DNA of 64,000 nt. It comes from Chiloscyllium plagiosum (lineage: Eukaryota). The notes under the pieces are model-generated. The model ran no database searches. It was not told the DNA's origin and was given only the letters and a program-made list of their open reading frames with translations. The DNA is taken from assembly GCF_004010195.1 (NCBI RefSeq), contig NC_057718.1:80665187-80729186 (forward strand), given 5' to 3'. The translations under genes were made by a program, and so were the position numbers. Shown here in pieces: positions 50,822 through 61,392 of the stretch; within the stretch, counting starts at the first letter, position 1, and each line of letters starts with the position of its first letter.

Positions 50822-50946
50822 TCTGAAGAAGGGCTTATGCCCAAAACGTCGGTTCTTCTGTTCCTTGGATGCTGCCTGACCTGCTGCGCTTTTCCAGCAA
50901 CACATTTTCAGCTCTGATCTCCAGCATCTGCAGTCTTCAATTTCTC
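50822..50946 (+). mobile_element. Family A hammerhead monomer with 7-bp TSD
   Basis: Near-identical to 9928-10057; core CTGAAGAAGGGCTTATGCCC-AAAA-CGTC; CTCACTT at 50815-50821 and 50947-50953. Confidence 0.88.
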
Positions 50947-51169
50947 CTCACTTCATTAACTGCCTACCTCTTCCTTAGGGTGCCCTGTGCACAATTCCAG
51001 CCCCATCTTATCATACGCTGTTATCAGAATAACTCACTAATACTGTGATATGCCAGAATTAGTCAGCATCCTTTTGTCCAAGAAATCTTTAGAAGACTTG
51101 TGTACCGAGATAAGCACTGTAAGTCAGGAGTTGCCATGTATTGTTCATGATGTTTGCTCCAGACATAGC

Positions 51170-51642
51170 AAATGGAGGAAATCAGTGCCCTGCTTTGCAG
51201 GCAGAGTCCTGGAGATCCTGCTGAATGGAGTGTTGCAGAGAAGGCCGCAACATCAGACCATGCCATTTCTGATCTGAAGTTGCCACCTGGATTAAAACAG
51301 TTGTCTGGAGGAATGCCTAGTAATGTAGGAAGAGGGTCAAAGACCTTCTCCACTCTGTCAACATAAGTGTCCCATTTCCTCTCTCATACCTCACAGTCAG
51401 CCCAACTCCCACCAACTCCCATGCTATAGGTACCACTCCCATCGTTGCCTCCAGTATCACTCACTCACTGTTACCCACCCTAATCCCTGATGCCCCGAAC
51501 CGTTTTGCTCTCTGCACTGTCTACTCACTTGCTCTCCCCTCGGTGCCATCTGCTTTAGTCTCCCATAATATCTGTCTCTCTCTCTCTCATTACATGAGAA
51601 AACAGTCAGGTAGGGCAGAAAGATTCAAGATGGTTGCTGGGT
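51170..51642 (+). pseudogene. PIF/Harbinger Myb/SANT-like gene remnant (two exons)
   Basis: WRKSVPCFAGRVLEILLNGVLQRR, then CRKRVKDLLHSV followed by a degenerate donor (ataagt), a pyrimidine tract and RAERFKMVAG (KTGGG-like). Confidence 0.55.
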
Positions 51643-51644
51643 TA

Positions 51645-51945
51645 GAGTCAGAGTTATAGAGGTCTACAGCACAGAAAAAGATGTTTTCATCTTTCAAGTC
51701 TATGCTGATCAAAAACAAGCAGCTAACTATTCTAATCAGATTTTCCAGCACTTGGCCCATAGCCTTGTATGCCTTAGAGTTGCAAGTGCAAATCTAAATG
51801 CTTCTTAAATATTATGAGGGTTTCTGCTTCTCCCACACTTATAGGCAGTGAGTTCCAGACTCCCACAATCCTCACATCTTCAAAACTTTTCTCACCTCCC
51901 CTCTTATCCTCTTGCCCCTTACCTTAAATCTATGCCCTGATCATT
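51645..51945 (-). mobile_element. CR1 3' end
   Basis: GTCAGAGTTATAGAGGTCTACAGCACAGAAA...GAGTTCCAGACTCCCAC...CCTTAAATCTATGCCC. Confidence 0.8.
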
Positions 51946-51964
51946 GAGAGAAAGAGAGAGAGAG

Positions 51965-53127
51965 AGAAACTTTTATTTGTCGTTTCTACCATATACAATT
52001 GATACAGTAAAAACGAGACAGTGTTCCTCCAGTACCAAGGGTGCCACATTGACAGCACAAGCTACAGCATTGTACAGAGCATAAGTGCCAAAGAAGTGCA
52101 AAACAAGTGTAACACAAGTTATAGTGTAACAAGAATGATGAATAATAGACATTTTTATTGCAGCAATACGAAAGAATTTCAGAGGAGCGAGAGTCCAATT
52201 ATACTATGTTAAGGAGCCTCATGGCTTGGGGGAAGAAATTGTTGCACAGTCTGACCGTGAGACACCGTATGCTCCAGTATCTTCTGCCAGATGGCAGGAG
52301 GGAGATGACGTTGAGTGAGGGGTGTGTGGAGTCTCCCACAATGCTCTTAGCCATTCAGATGCAGTGTGTTGTGTAAATGTCTATAAAGGAGGGAAGAGAG
52401 ACTCCGATGATCTTCTTAGCTGTCCTCATTATCTGTTGTAGCGTCTTATGATCCGAGACGGTGCAATTCCCGAACGAGGCAGTGATGCAGCAGCTCAGGA
52501 TACTCTTAATGAGCCCTCTGTAGAAAGTGGTGAGGTTGGTGGGAGGTGGGCTTTTCTCAGCCTGTGCTGAAAGTAGAGATGCTGCTGGGCTTTCTTGGCT
52601 GTGGAGCTGACATTGAGGGTCCAGTTGAGATTCTCTGCCAGGTATATGCCAAGAAATTTGGTGCTGTTCACCATCTCCAAGGGGGAGCCGTTGATGTCCA
52701 GCAGAGAGTGGTCGCTCCGTGCCCTCCTGAAGTCAATAATTATCTCTTTCATCTTGTCCACGTTCAGAGACAGGTTACTGGCTCTGCACCAGTCCGTTAG
52801 CTGCTGCACCCCCTCCCTGTATGCTGACTCATCGTTCCTGCTGATGATACCTACTGCAGTCATATCACCAGTGAACTTGACGATGTGATTTGACCTGTGC
52901 ATCACTGCACAGTTGTGTGTCAGCAGAGTGAACAGCAGTTGATTGAGCAAACAGCCCTTGGGGGGGGGCTGCTCAGTGTGATGGTGTTGGAGATGCTGTT
53001 CCTGATCCAAAATGACTGAGGTTTCCCAGTCAGGAAGTCCAGGATCCAGTTACACAGGGAGGTGTTTAGGCCCAGCGGATTCAGCTTTCCAATCAGGTGC
53101 TGAGGAATGGTAGTGTTAAATGCAGAA
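51965..53127 (-). mobile_element. Rex1/Babar LINE (outer copy), 3' part
   Basis: SAFNTTIPQHLIGKL...LCNWILDFLTGKPQ; LLFTLLTHNC...LSLNVDKMKEIIIDFRR...KFLGIYL...KKAQQHLYF. Confidence 0.92.
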
Positions 53128-56077
53128 TTGAATTGAATTGAATGTATTGTCACACGTAAGGCACAGTGAAAAGCTTTGTCTTGTGAGTAATACGGGCAGA
53201 TCATATAGTTAAGTAGCATAGATAAGTAAATAATAGGTAAACAGTAGCAAAAACAAAAACACAGGTACAGATGAATGTTAAGTGTTTGTGAGTCCATTCA
53301 GTATTCTAACAACAGTAGGGTAGAAACTGTTACAAAACCTGCTGATGCGTGTGTTCAGGCTTCTGTACCTTCTTACTGATAGTAGAGGTTCTAGAAAAGC
53401 ATTGCTAAGGTGGGTGGGCCTTTGAGAATGCTGGCGGCCTTTCCTTGACAGCGGGCCTGGTAGATGGATTCCATAAATGGGAGGTTGGCCTTTGTGATTG
53501 TCTGGGCCGAGTGCACCACTCTCTGCAACTGTCTCCAATCGTGAATGGTGCAGTTGCCAAACCATGTAGTGATACATCCGGACAGAATGTTCTCGATGGC
53601 ACACCTATTAAAGTTGGCAAGGATATTCGCCATTATGCCAAATTTCCTCAGCTGCCTGAGGAAGAAGAGACATTGTTGGGCCTTTGTAACCAGTACGTCC
53701 ACATGAAAAATCCAAGAAAGCTTGTTGTGGATGACTACTTCAGGAGCTTGACACTTTCCACTCATTCCACCTTTGTTCTGTTAATGTGTACGGTGGGCAT
53801 GAGTAACATCCCGCCAAAAGTCAATAATGAGTTCCTTGGTTTTGCTGGCATTCAGATCTAGATTGTTCTCAGTGCACCATTTTTCCAAGCCTTCCACCTC
53901 CTGTCTGTGGTTTGTTTCGTCACCATCTGAGATTCAACCGACTGTGGTGGTGTCATCAGCAAACTTGTAAATGGCATTAGTCTGGTATTTGGCAACACAG
54001 TCATGGGTACACAGTGAGTACTGTACGGGGCTGAGTATGCACCCCTGGGGGGCTCCAGTGTTGAGTGTTAGTGAGGACGAAATGTTGACCCCAACCTTCA
54101 CTGATTGTGGCCTGTGGGTCAGGAAACTGAGGATCTCGTTGCAGAGAGTGGGACTTAGTCCGAGATCACTAAGTTTAGTCATCAATCTCAAGGGGATAAT
54201 AGTGTTAAAGGCTGAATTGTAGTCAATGAGTAGGATTCTTACATAGCTGTTATTGGTGTCAAAGTGTTCTAGGGAGGAATGAAGGGCAAGTGATATGGCA
54301 CCTGACATGGATCTATTGGTCCAATAGGCAAATTGAAGTGTGCCAAGAGGAGTGGGAAAGCTGGAGTTGATTAATGCCATGACCAGCCTTTCAAAGCACT
54401 TCATGACCACCGAAGTTAGGGCCACTGGTGGGTAATCATTGAGACATGCTGCATGAGCCTTCTTAGGTACAGGGATGATGTTGACCCTCTTGAAATAGAC
54501 AGGGACAGTGACCTGCTGCAGGGAGAGGTTGAAGATGTCCGAGAAGACCTGTGCCAGTTGATCTGCACGTGTTCTGAGTGCACAGCCTGGTACTCCATCT
54601 GGTCCCATCACTTTCCTTGGATTCCTTGGAAAACTGATCTGACCTCTGATGCAGTGACTGTTGGGATAGGTTCGTCAAGACTTGTTAGAATAGGTGTTAC
54701 CTCTCCGCCGAAATTCTGCTCAAAGAGAGCACAGAAGGCGTTGAGACGATCTGGGAGAGATATGTCATTGTCTGCTATCTTGCACTGTCTCTTTTTAGAA
54801 CCTGTGATGTCATTCATTCCTTGCCATAGTTGCCGGGTGTCTGTCTGGGTCTCTAGTTTGGATCAGGATTGATCCTTGGCTGTCTTAATGGCTCTGCGAA
54901 AGTCATACTTGTATTCCTTATATTTGAGTGGGTCTCCTGATCTAAAGGCCTCACGCCTGGTTTTTAGCAAGTTTTGTATGTCCTGATTCATTCAGGGTTT
55001 CCTGTTGGGGAACACCCGGATTGACTTCCTCAGTATGTAGTCCTCCACACACTTGCTGATAAAGTCTGTGACAGTGGTGGCATACTCGTCCAACGTACTG
55101 TTTGAACATGGCCCAATCAGCCAATTCCAGACAGCACCAGAGTTGATCCTCTGCTTCTTCCGACCAGACCTGGACCTGTATATCTGCGAGGGGGTCTCCT
55201 GCTTGAGCTTTTGCCTGTAAGCCGGGAGAAGAGATACGGCATTGTAGTCAGAGTTCCCAAAATGAGGGTAGGAGATGGAGCGGTAGCATCCTTCACAGTG
55301 GTGTAGCAGTGGGCCCCTGGGTGGGGCAGGTAATGTTCTGGTGGTACTTGGGCAACACCTTCCTTAGAATGGCTTGATTGAAGTTGCCAGTTACAATAAA
55401 CAGTGCTTCAGGGTGTTCCATCTCTCCAGGGTATTAGAGGTGGAATACAGCACATCTAGAGCTTCTTGAACCTTTGCTTGTGGCGGTATGTACACAGTAG
55501 TTAGTATAGCAGTGGTAAATTCCCATGGTAAATAAAAGGGGCGGCATTTGATGGTGAGGAATTCAAGGTTTGGGAAGCAATGGCTGCCCAGTCTTGCAGT
55601 GTCCATGCACCACAAGTTGTTGATTAAAAAGCAAACCCCTCCACCCTTTGTCTTACCCGAGGACGCTGTATGGTCCATATGATGGATAGAAAAACCATCA
55701 GCCTGAAGTGCGCAGTCGGGAGTGGATGGGTTGAACCAGGTTTCCGTGAAGCAAAGTGCGCAGCAATCCCGCAGTTCATGCTGGAAGCTGAGCCGCGTTC
55801 TGAGTTTGCCCATCTTGGTCTCCAGCGATTGTACATTTGCTAAGAGTAAGCTAGGAAGGGGGGATTTTGAAACCGCAGAGTCTCAGTCTTACGAGAAGGC
55901 CGACATGCTTACCCCACTTCCTCACAGGTTTCTTACATTTGAATGGTCCGGTGGTCTAGTGGAGTGGACTCTGACTGCTTCTAGTTAAGTGATCCTTCCT
56001 AGGAGCCTTGGAACAGGTAGGTTGCAGTTTAGTGTATTTTTGCAGAAGGTCTGCTTTGGACCCAATGTTGCAGGTAA
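53128..56077 (-). mobile_element. Near full-length Rex1/Babar LINE (endonuclease plus RT, frameshifted) nested in another Rex1
   Basis: LCFTETWF...GGGVCFLIN...VYIPP (APE); GPDGVPG...[13 protein letters not shown]...[11 protein letters not shown]...[11 protein letters not shown]...KFADDTT; (ATTCA)n tail; CAGAA at 53123-53127 and 56078-56082. Confidence 0.95.
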
Positions 56078-56935
56078 CAGAACTAAAGTCTATGAACCTC
56101 TGGCGTAGGTGTCCTTTTCTTCCAGGTGGGTGAGGGCCAATGGAGGTTGGTGGAAATGGTATCATCTGTTGAGCTCAACATTAGAGAGGTGCTGGAAAAG
56201 CACAGCAGGTCAGGCAGCATCCGAGGACCAGGAAAATTGACGTTTCGGGCAAAAGTCCTACATCAGAAATGTCATTCAGATTCCTGATGAAGGGCTTTTG
56301 CCTGAAACGTTGATTTTCCTACTCCTCGGATGCTGCCTGACCTGCTATGCTTTTCCAGTACCACTCTAATCTTGACTCTAATCTCCAGCATCTGCAGTAC
56401 CCACTTCTGCATATCATCTGTTGAGCTGTTAGGTCGATATGCGAACTGCAGGGTGTGCAGGGGACAGCAGAGTCTTAATAAGCCTCATCATGAGCCTCTC
56501 TAAGCACTTCATGATGATGGGTGTCAGCGCAGAAGGGCAGTAGTCATTCAGACAGGATGCAGAAGACTTCTTCAGTACGGGAACGATGGTAGTGACCTTG
56601 AAGCACATTGGAACTGTGGCGCAGCTCAGGGAGATGTTGAAAATGTCTTTGAAAACTTCTGCAGTATGTTAGAGTGTCCTCTGAGGACTCTGCCAGGGAT
56701 ATTTTCCGGTCCAGCAACCTTATGTGGCTTTCCTCACATTGGCCGTGGTAAGACACAGCACCTGGTCATCGGATGGGGGTGTGTGCTTCCTCACTGCCAC
56801 ATCATTTTGTGCCTCAAACTGTGCATAAAAGTTGTTCAACTCATCCAGGAGGGAGGCATCATGAGCACAAGCAGGTGATGCTGTTCTGTGGTTGGTGATG
56901 ACCTGAATGCCTTTCCACATGATCCATCCATCAAG
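56078..56935 (-). mobile_element. Rex1/Babar LINE (outer copy), upstream part
   Basis: MWKGIQVIT...LLDELNNFYAQFE; FIDFSS joins in frame to AFNT at 53127 once the insert is removed. Confidence 0.88.
56176..56411 (+). mobile_element. Fold-back hammerhead-bearing Penelope-derived element with 16-bp TSD
   Basis: Inverted arms at ~56180-56270 and ~56280-56370; core CTGATGA-A-GGGC-TTTT-GCCT-GAAA-CGTT at 56284-56311; TATCATCTGTTGAGCT at 56160-56175 and 56412-56427. Confidence 0.9.
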
Positions 56936-57370
56936 GGGAAAAGTAGACTGCCTATGTGTGATTTATAGGGCATTGTCCCTTTGTGAACAGGGTTTTCAGT
57001 AGTGCTGTTATTCCCCAAGTTGAATTTTTCTGTGGCTGGTATTTGGTCCAATTTTCCAGAGGGATAAGACCTAACTTTAGGAGCATGTGACAAATATGGT
57101 CATTTATTCTTGCATACTCCCGTTTTAGGTGTTTGAGAAATAGAGATAAAAATTCCCTTTAAATTCAGAGTCCTTGAAACCTAGTCAAAACCCTTGTGAT
57201 AAATTATACATAAATTGGTGAATTATTTTGCACAAATATGATGCTTGAATATTTACCATTGAAAATCTGGGAGTCCTTCTTGTTGCTGATTATGTCCATG
57301 CCAAGGCTGCTACTGCTTAAGACATCTAGGACTGTTGAAAACTGGATATTCACCAATTTCTTGCTGGTGG

Positions 57371-57587
57371 TTTTTCTTGACCAAAGCCTCAAATTCTCTA
57401 GTCATCCAGCATTCCCTACACCCACTAGCTTTGCCCTTCACACTAATAGGAACATACTGACTCTGAATGTTTGTTATTTCATTATCCCACTTTGCAACCA
57501 CCCCTTTTACTTGCACATTGTCTCTCCAAATCCAGTTTTGAAAATTCTTGCTTCATACCATCAAAATTGGCTTTACTCCAATTCAGA
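57371..57587 (-). repeat. 217-bp inverted copy of 59043-59259
   Basis: I saw no mismatch against the reverse complement; both copies give the identical peptide MQVKGVVAKWDNEITNIQSQYVP... Confidence 0.93.
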
Positions 57588-57744
57588 TATTCACTGCAAT
57601 TCACTGCAAATATTCCCCATTCCCAACACTGGTAATCCAGTGAAGTGAAATATTCTCATTCTAAATGCATGATAAATTAGGTTGCCTGGTAACAAAGGTG
57701 AACAGGACATTAACAAGAATAGAAACTGCTGCATAAACATTTTT

Positions 57745-57875
57745 GTGCAAGAGCCATTTTGGACTTGAAATGTTAATTCTGCTTCTCTTGCTACGGATGC
57801 TACCAGATTTTCTGCGCCTTTCCAGCACTTTATGTTTTTATTTCAGATCTCCAGCATTCGTAGTATTTTGCTTGT
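57745..57875 (+). mobile_element. Decayed Penelope-derived short element
   Basis: GGACTTGAAATGTTAA...GATGCTACCAGA...TTTCCAGCAC...TCAGATCTCCAGCATTCGTAG; the 5' half of the core is lost. Confidence 0.6.
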
Positions 57876-57989
57876 ATTTAAATGTACAGCTTATTGGAAG
57901 ATTGATATGTGTTGGTGTTAGTTTCATGCACTCTCTAATCTTCCAACAGAAGGAGAATCTAGCCAATAGTAACTGAGTATGAATACTGA

Positions 57990-60900
57990 GGAAAGCCTAA
58001 GATTCTGAAGAGAGAATGTAAGAAATTAGGCAGGAGGTTAAGACAGTAGTTCCTCAAGGATAGCAATATCTGGACAACTACCAGTGCCACATGCAAGTGA
58101 GAGTAGGAACAGGAGGATAGAGCAGATGAATGCATGACTGAGGAACTGGTGCAGGGGGCTGGGATTCACATTTTTGAATCATTGGAATCTCTTATGGGAC
58201 AGAAGTGACCTGTTTCAGAAGGATGTTTTGCACCTGAATTGGAAGGGGACCAATATCCTAGGGAGGAGATTTGCTAGTGTTATTCAAGAGGGTTTAAACA
58301 TGTAAGTGGAAGGCAGCCCAAAGAGATAAAGACAGGTCTGAGGCTGGTGCAGTTGCAATGAGGAGCAAATCAAATAGTCTGGGCAGGGCAAGAGCAAGGC
58401 AAAGAATGAGGTAAGAATGATAAATTAAACTGCATTTATTTCAATGCAAGAGGCCTGACAGGTAAGACATTTTTGGGATATCATTGCTGTTACAGAAATG
58501 TGGCTCAGGGAAGGGCAGAACTGGCACCTTAATGTTCCAGGGTATAGATACGACAGAACGATAGAAAGGGGGACAAGGGAGGAGGAGAAGTGTTGTTTTT
58601 GCTTAGGGATAATATGATGGCTGTACTTAGGGAGGATATTCTTGAGAGTAGGTCCACTGAAGTTATTTGGGTGGACTGAAAAATAAGAAAGCGATAATCA
58701 TCTTCTTGCGGTTCTCCTATAGACCACCGAATAGTCAGCAGGAAATTGAGACCTCAGATATCTGTAAGAATGATAGGGTTGTAATGGTAGGGGATTTTAA
58801 CTTTCCAAACATAGACTGGAACTGCATCGTGTTAAGGGCTTAGATAGAGAAGAATTTGTTAATATTTAGTATGTGGATGAGCCTACTTGAGAAGGAGTGA
58901 AATTTGACCTTCTCTTGGGAAATAAGGCAGGACAAGAGACCAAGGTGTCTGTGGGGGAGCACTTTTTGGGGCCTATGATCATAATTCTATTAGTTTTAAA
59001 ATAGTAATGGAAAAGGATAGACCTGATCTATAGCATTAAAGTTCTGAATTGGAGTAAAGCCAATTTTGATGGTATGAAGCAAGAATTTTCAAAACTGGAT
59101 TTGGAGAGACAATGTGCAAGTAAAAGGGGTGGTTGCAAAGTGGGATAATGAAATAACAAACATTCAGAGTCAGTATGTTCCTATTAGTGTGAAGGGCAAA
59201 GCTAGTGGGTGTAGGGAATGCTGGATGACTAGAGAATTTGAGGCTTTGGTCAAGAAAAAGGAGGAGAATGGCCGTGCAGACTGCTTGGATTCAGTTAATT
59301 CCTTGAGGAGTATAAGGACGGTGGAAGTAGAATTGAGGGAAATCAGGAGGATAAAAGGGTACATAAAATTTCTTTGGCAAATGGGGTTATGAAGCTTCCA
59401 TAGACATCCTACAAGTACATTAAGATCAACAAGGCTGTCTATGTGTGGAATTGCAGGAGATGGAGACACTGAACAAGTATTTTGCATCAGTATTTTGTGG
59501 AGAAGGATATGGAAGCAAGAGCACGTAGGGAAATAAACAGTGATTTCGTGAAAAGAATCCATATTACAACTGAGAAGGGGCTAGATGTCATAAAATACAT
59601 AAAGATAGATAATCCCTGGAACCTGATCAGGTGTTTCCCAGAACTTTCTGGGAAGCTAGGGAAGAGATTGCTGATCCTCTTGCTGAGATATTTGCATCAC
59701 CAACAGCCACAGGTGATGTGCCAGAAGACTGGAGATTGGCTAATGTGGTGCCATTTTTAAGGAAGTGACAAGGAAAAGCCAAGGAATTACAGAACAGTGT
59801 ACCTTACGTCAGCAGTGTGTAGGTTGTTGGAGAAGATTCTGAGGGTTAGCCTTTACATGCATTTGGAAAGGCAAGGACAAATTAGGGATAATCAGCATGG
59901 TATTGTGCATGGGAAATCATGACTCACTAACTTCACTGAAATTTTTTAATACATGTTAAAAAATGATTGTTGAAGGCAGAGCGGTGGATGTTGTGTATAT
60001 GGACTTCGGCAAAGTATTTGATAGGGTTCTGCATGGTAGATAGGTTGCAAGTTTAGATCACATGGAATCCAAGGGGAGCTAGCCATTTCGATACAAAATT
60101 GGCTAGAAGGTAGAAGGAGAAAGTGAGGACTGCAGATGCTGGAGATCAGAGCTGAAAATATGAAGCTGGAAAAGCGCAGCAGATCAGGCAGCATCGAAGG
60201 ACCAGGAGAATCGACGTTTCGGGCATGAACCCTTCTTCAGGAATGAGGAGAGTGTGCCAAGCAGGCTAAGATATCTTAGCCTGCTTGGCACACTCTCCTC
60301 ATTCCTGAAGAAGGACTCATACCTGAAACGTCGATTCTCCTGCTCCTTAGAAGGTAGAAGACAGAGTATAGTGGTGGGCAGTTGATTTTTAAGTTGAACG
60401 CTTGTGACCAGCAGTGTGCTACAAGGATTGGTGCTGGGTCCACGACTTTTCATCATTTATATAAATGTTTTGGATGTGAATATAGGAGGTATGGTTAGTA
60501 AGATTGCAGATGACATCAAAATTAGTGGCGTGGTAGACAACAAAGAAGGTTATCTCAGAGTGCAATAGAACCTTGATCAGATGGGCCAGTGGGCTGAGGA
60601 ATGGCAGATGGAGTTTAATGTCGATGAATGAGAGATGTTGCATTTTAGTAAGGAAAATGAGTTATTGGTAGGGACTTGGGGAGTGTTGCTAAACAAAGAG
60701 ACCGAGGGGTGCAGGTGCATAGTTCCTTGAAAGTGGTGTTGCAAGTAGACATAATGATGAAGAAGGCATTTGGCATGCTTGTTTTTATTGGTTAGTGTGG
60801 GGGTTAAGGAGTTGGGACATCATGTTATGGCCATACAGGACATTGATGAGGCTATTTTTAGGATACTGTGTTCAATTCTGGTCTCCCTGCTATAGGAAGA

Positions 60901-61392
60901 ACATTGTTAAACTTGAAAGGATTCAGAAAATATTTACAAGGATGTTGACAGGCTTGGACAGGTTGAGCAACAGGGAGAGGCTGAATAGGCTGTGGCTTTT
61001 ATCCCGAGAGCGTCGGAGGCTGTGGGGTGACCATATACAAGTTTAGAAAATTATGAGGGCATGGATAGCGTGAATAGCCAAGGTGTTTTTTCTTGCAAAG
61101 GGGAGTCCAAAGCTAGAGGGCGTAGCTTTAAGCTGAGAGGCAAAAGATTTAAAAGGTACCTAAGGGGCAACCTTTTCAGGCAGAGAGTGGTATGTGTATG
61201 GAAAAAGCTGTGAAAGGAAATGGTGGAGGCGATTACAACTACAACATTTAAATTGCATCTGTAAGGGTACATGAATGCGAAGGGTTTAAAGGACTAGGGA
61301 CCAAATACCTGCAAATATGACTCGTCCTCATGGACGAGTTGGACTGAAGGGCCTGATTCCATGCTGTATAAATCTATTCCTCTATGACTATG
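57990..61392 (+). mobile_element. Decayed CR1 LINE (ORF1 end, full ORF2 span, 3' end)
   Basis: Homologous throughout to 34550-37280 and 39593-40824 (YFNARGL, YRPPNS, GDFNFP, KIADD, ERIQKIFTRML); ends CTCTATGACTATGACT. Confidence 0.92.
60117..60347 (-). mobile_element. Fold-back family A hammerhead element with a perfect central palindrome and 13-bp TSD
   Basis: 60231-60314 is a perfect spacer-free palindrome; cores at 60213-60240 (-) and 60305-60332 (+); TAGAAGGTAGAAG at 60104-60116 and 60348-60360. Confidence 0.93.
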
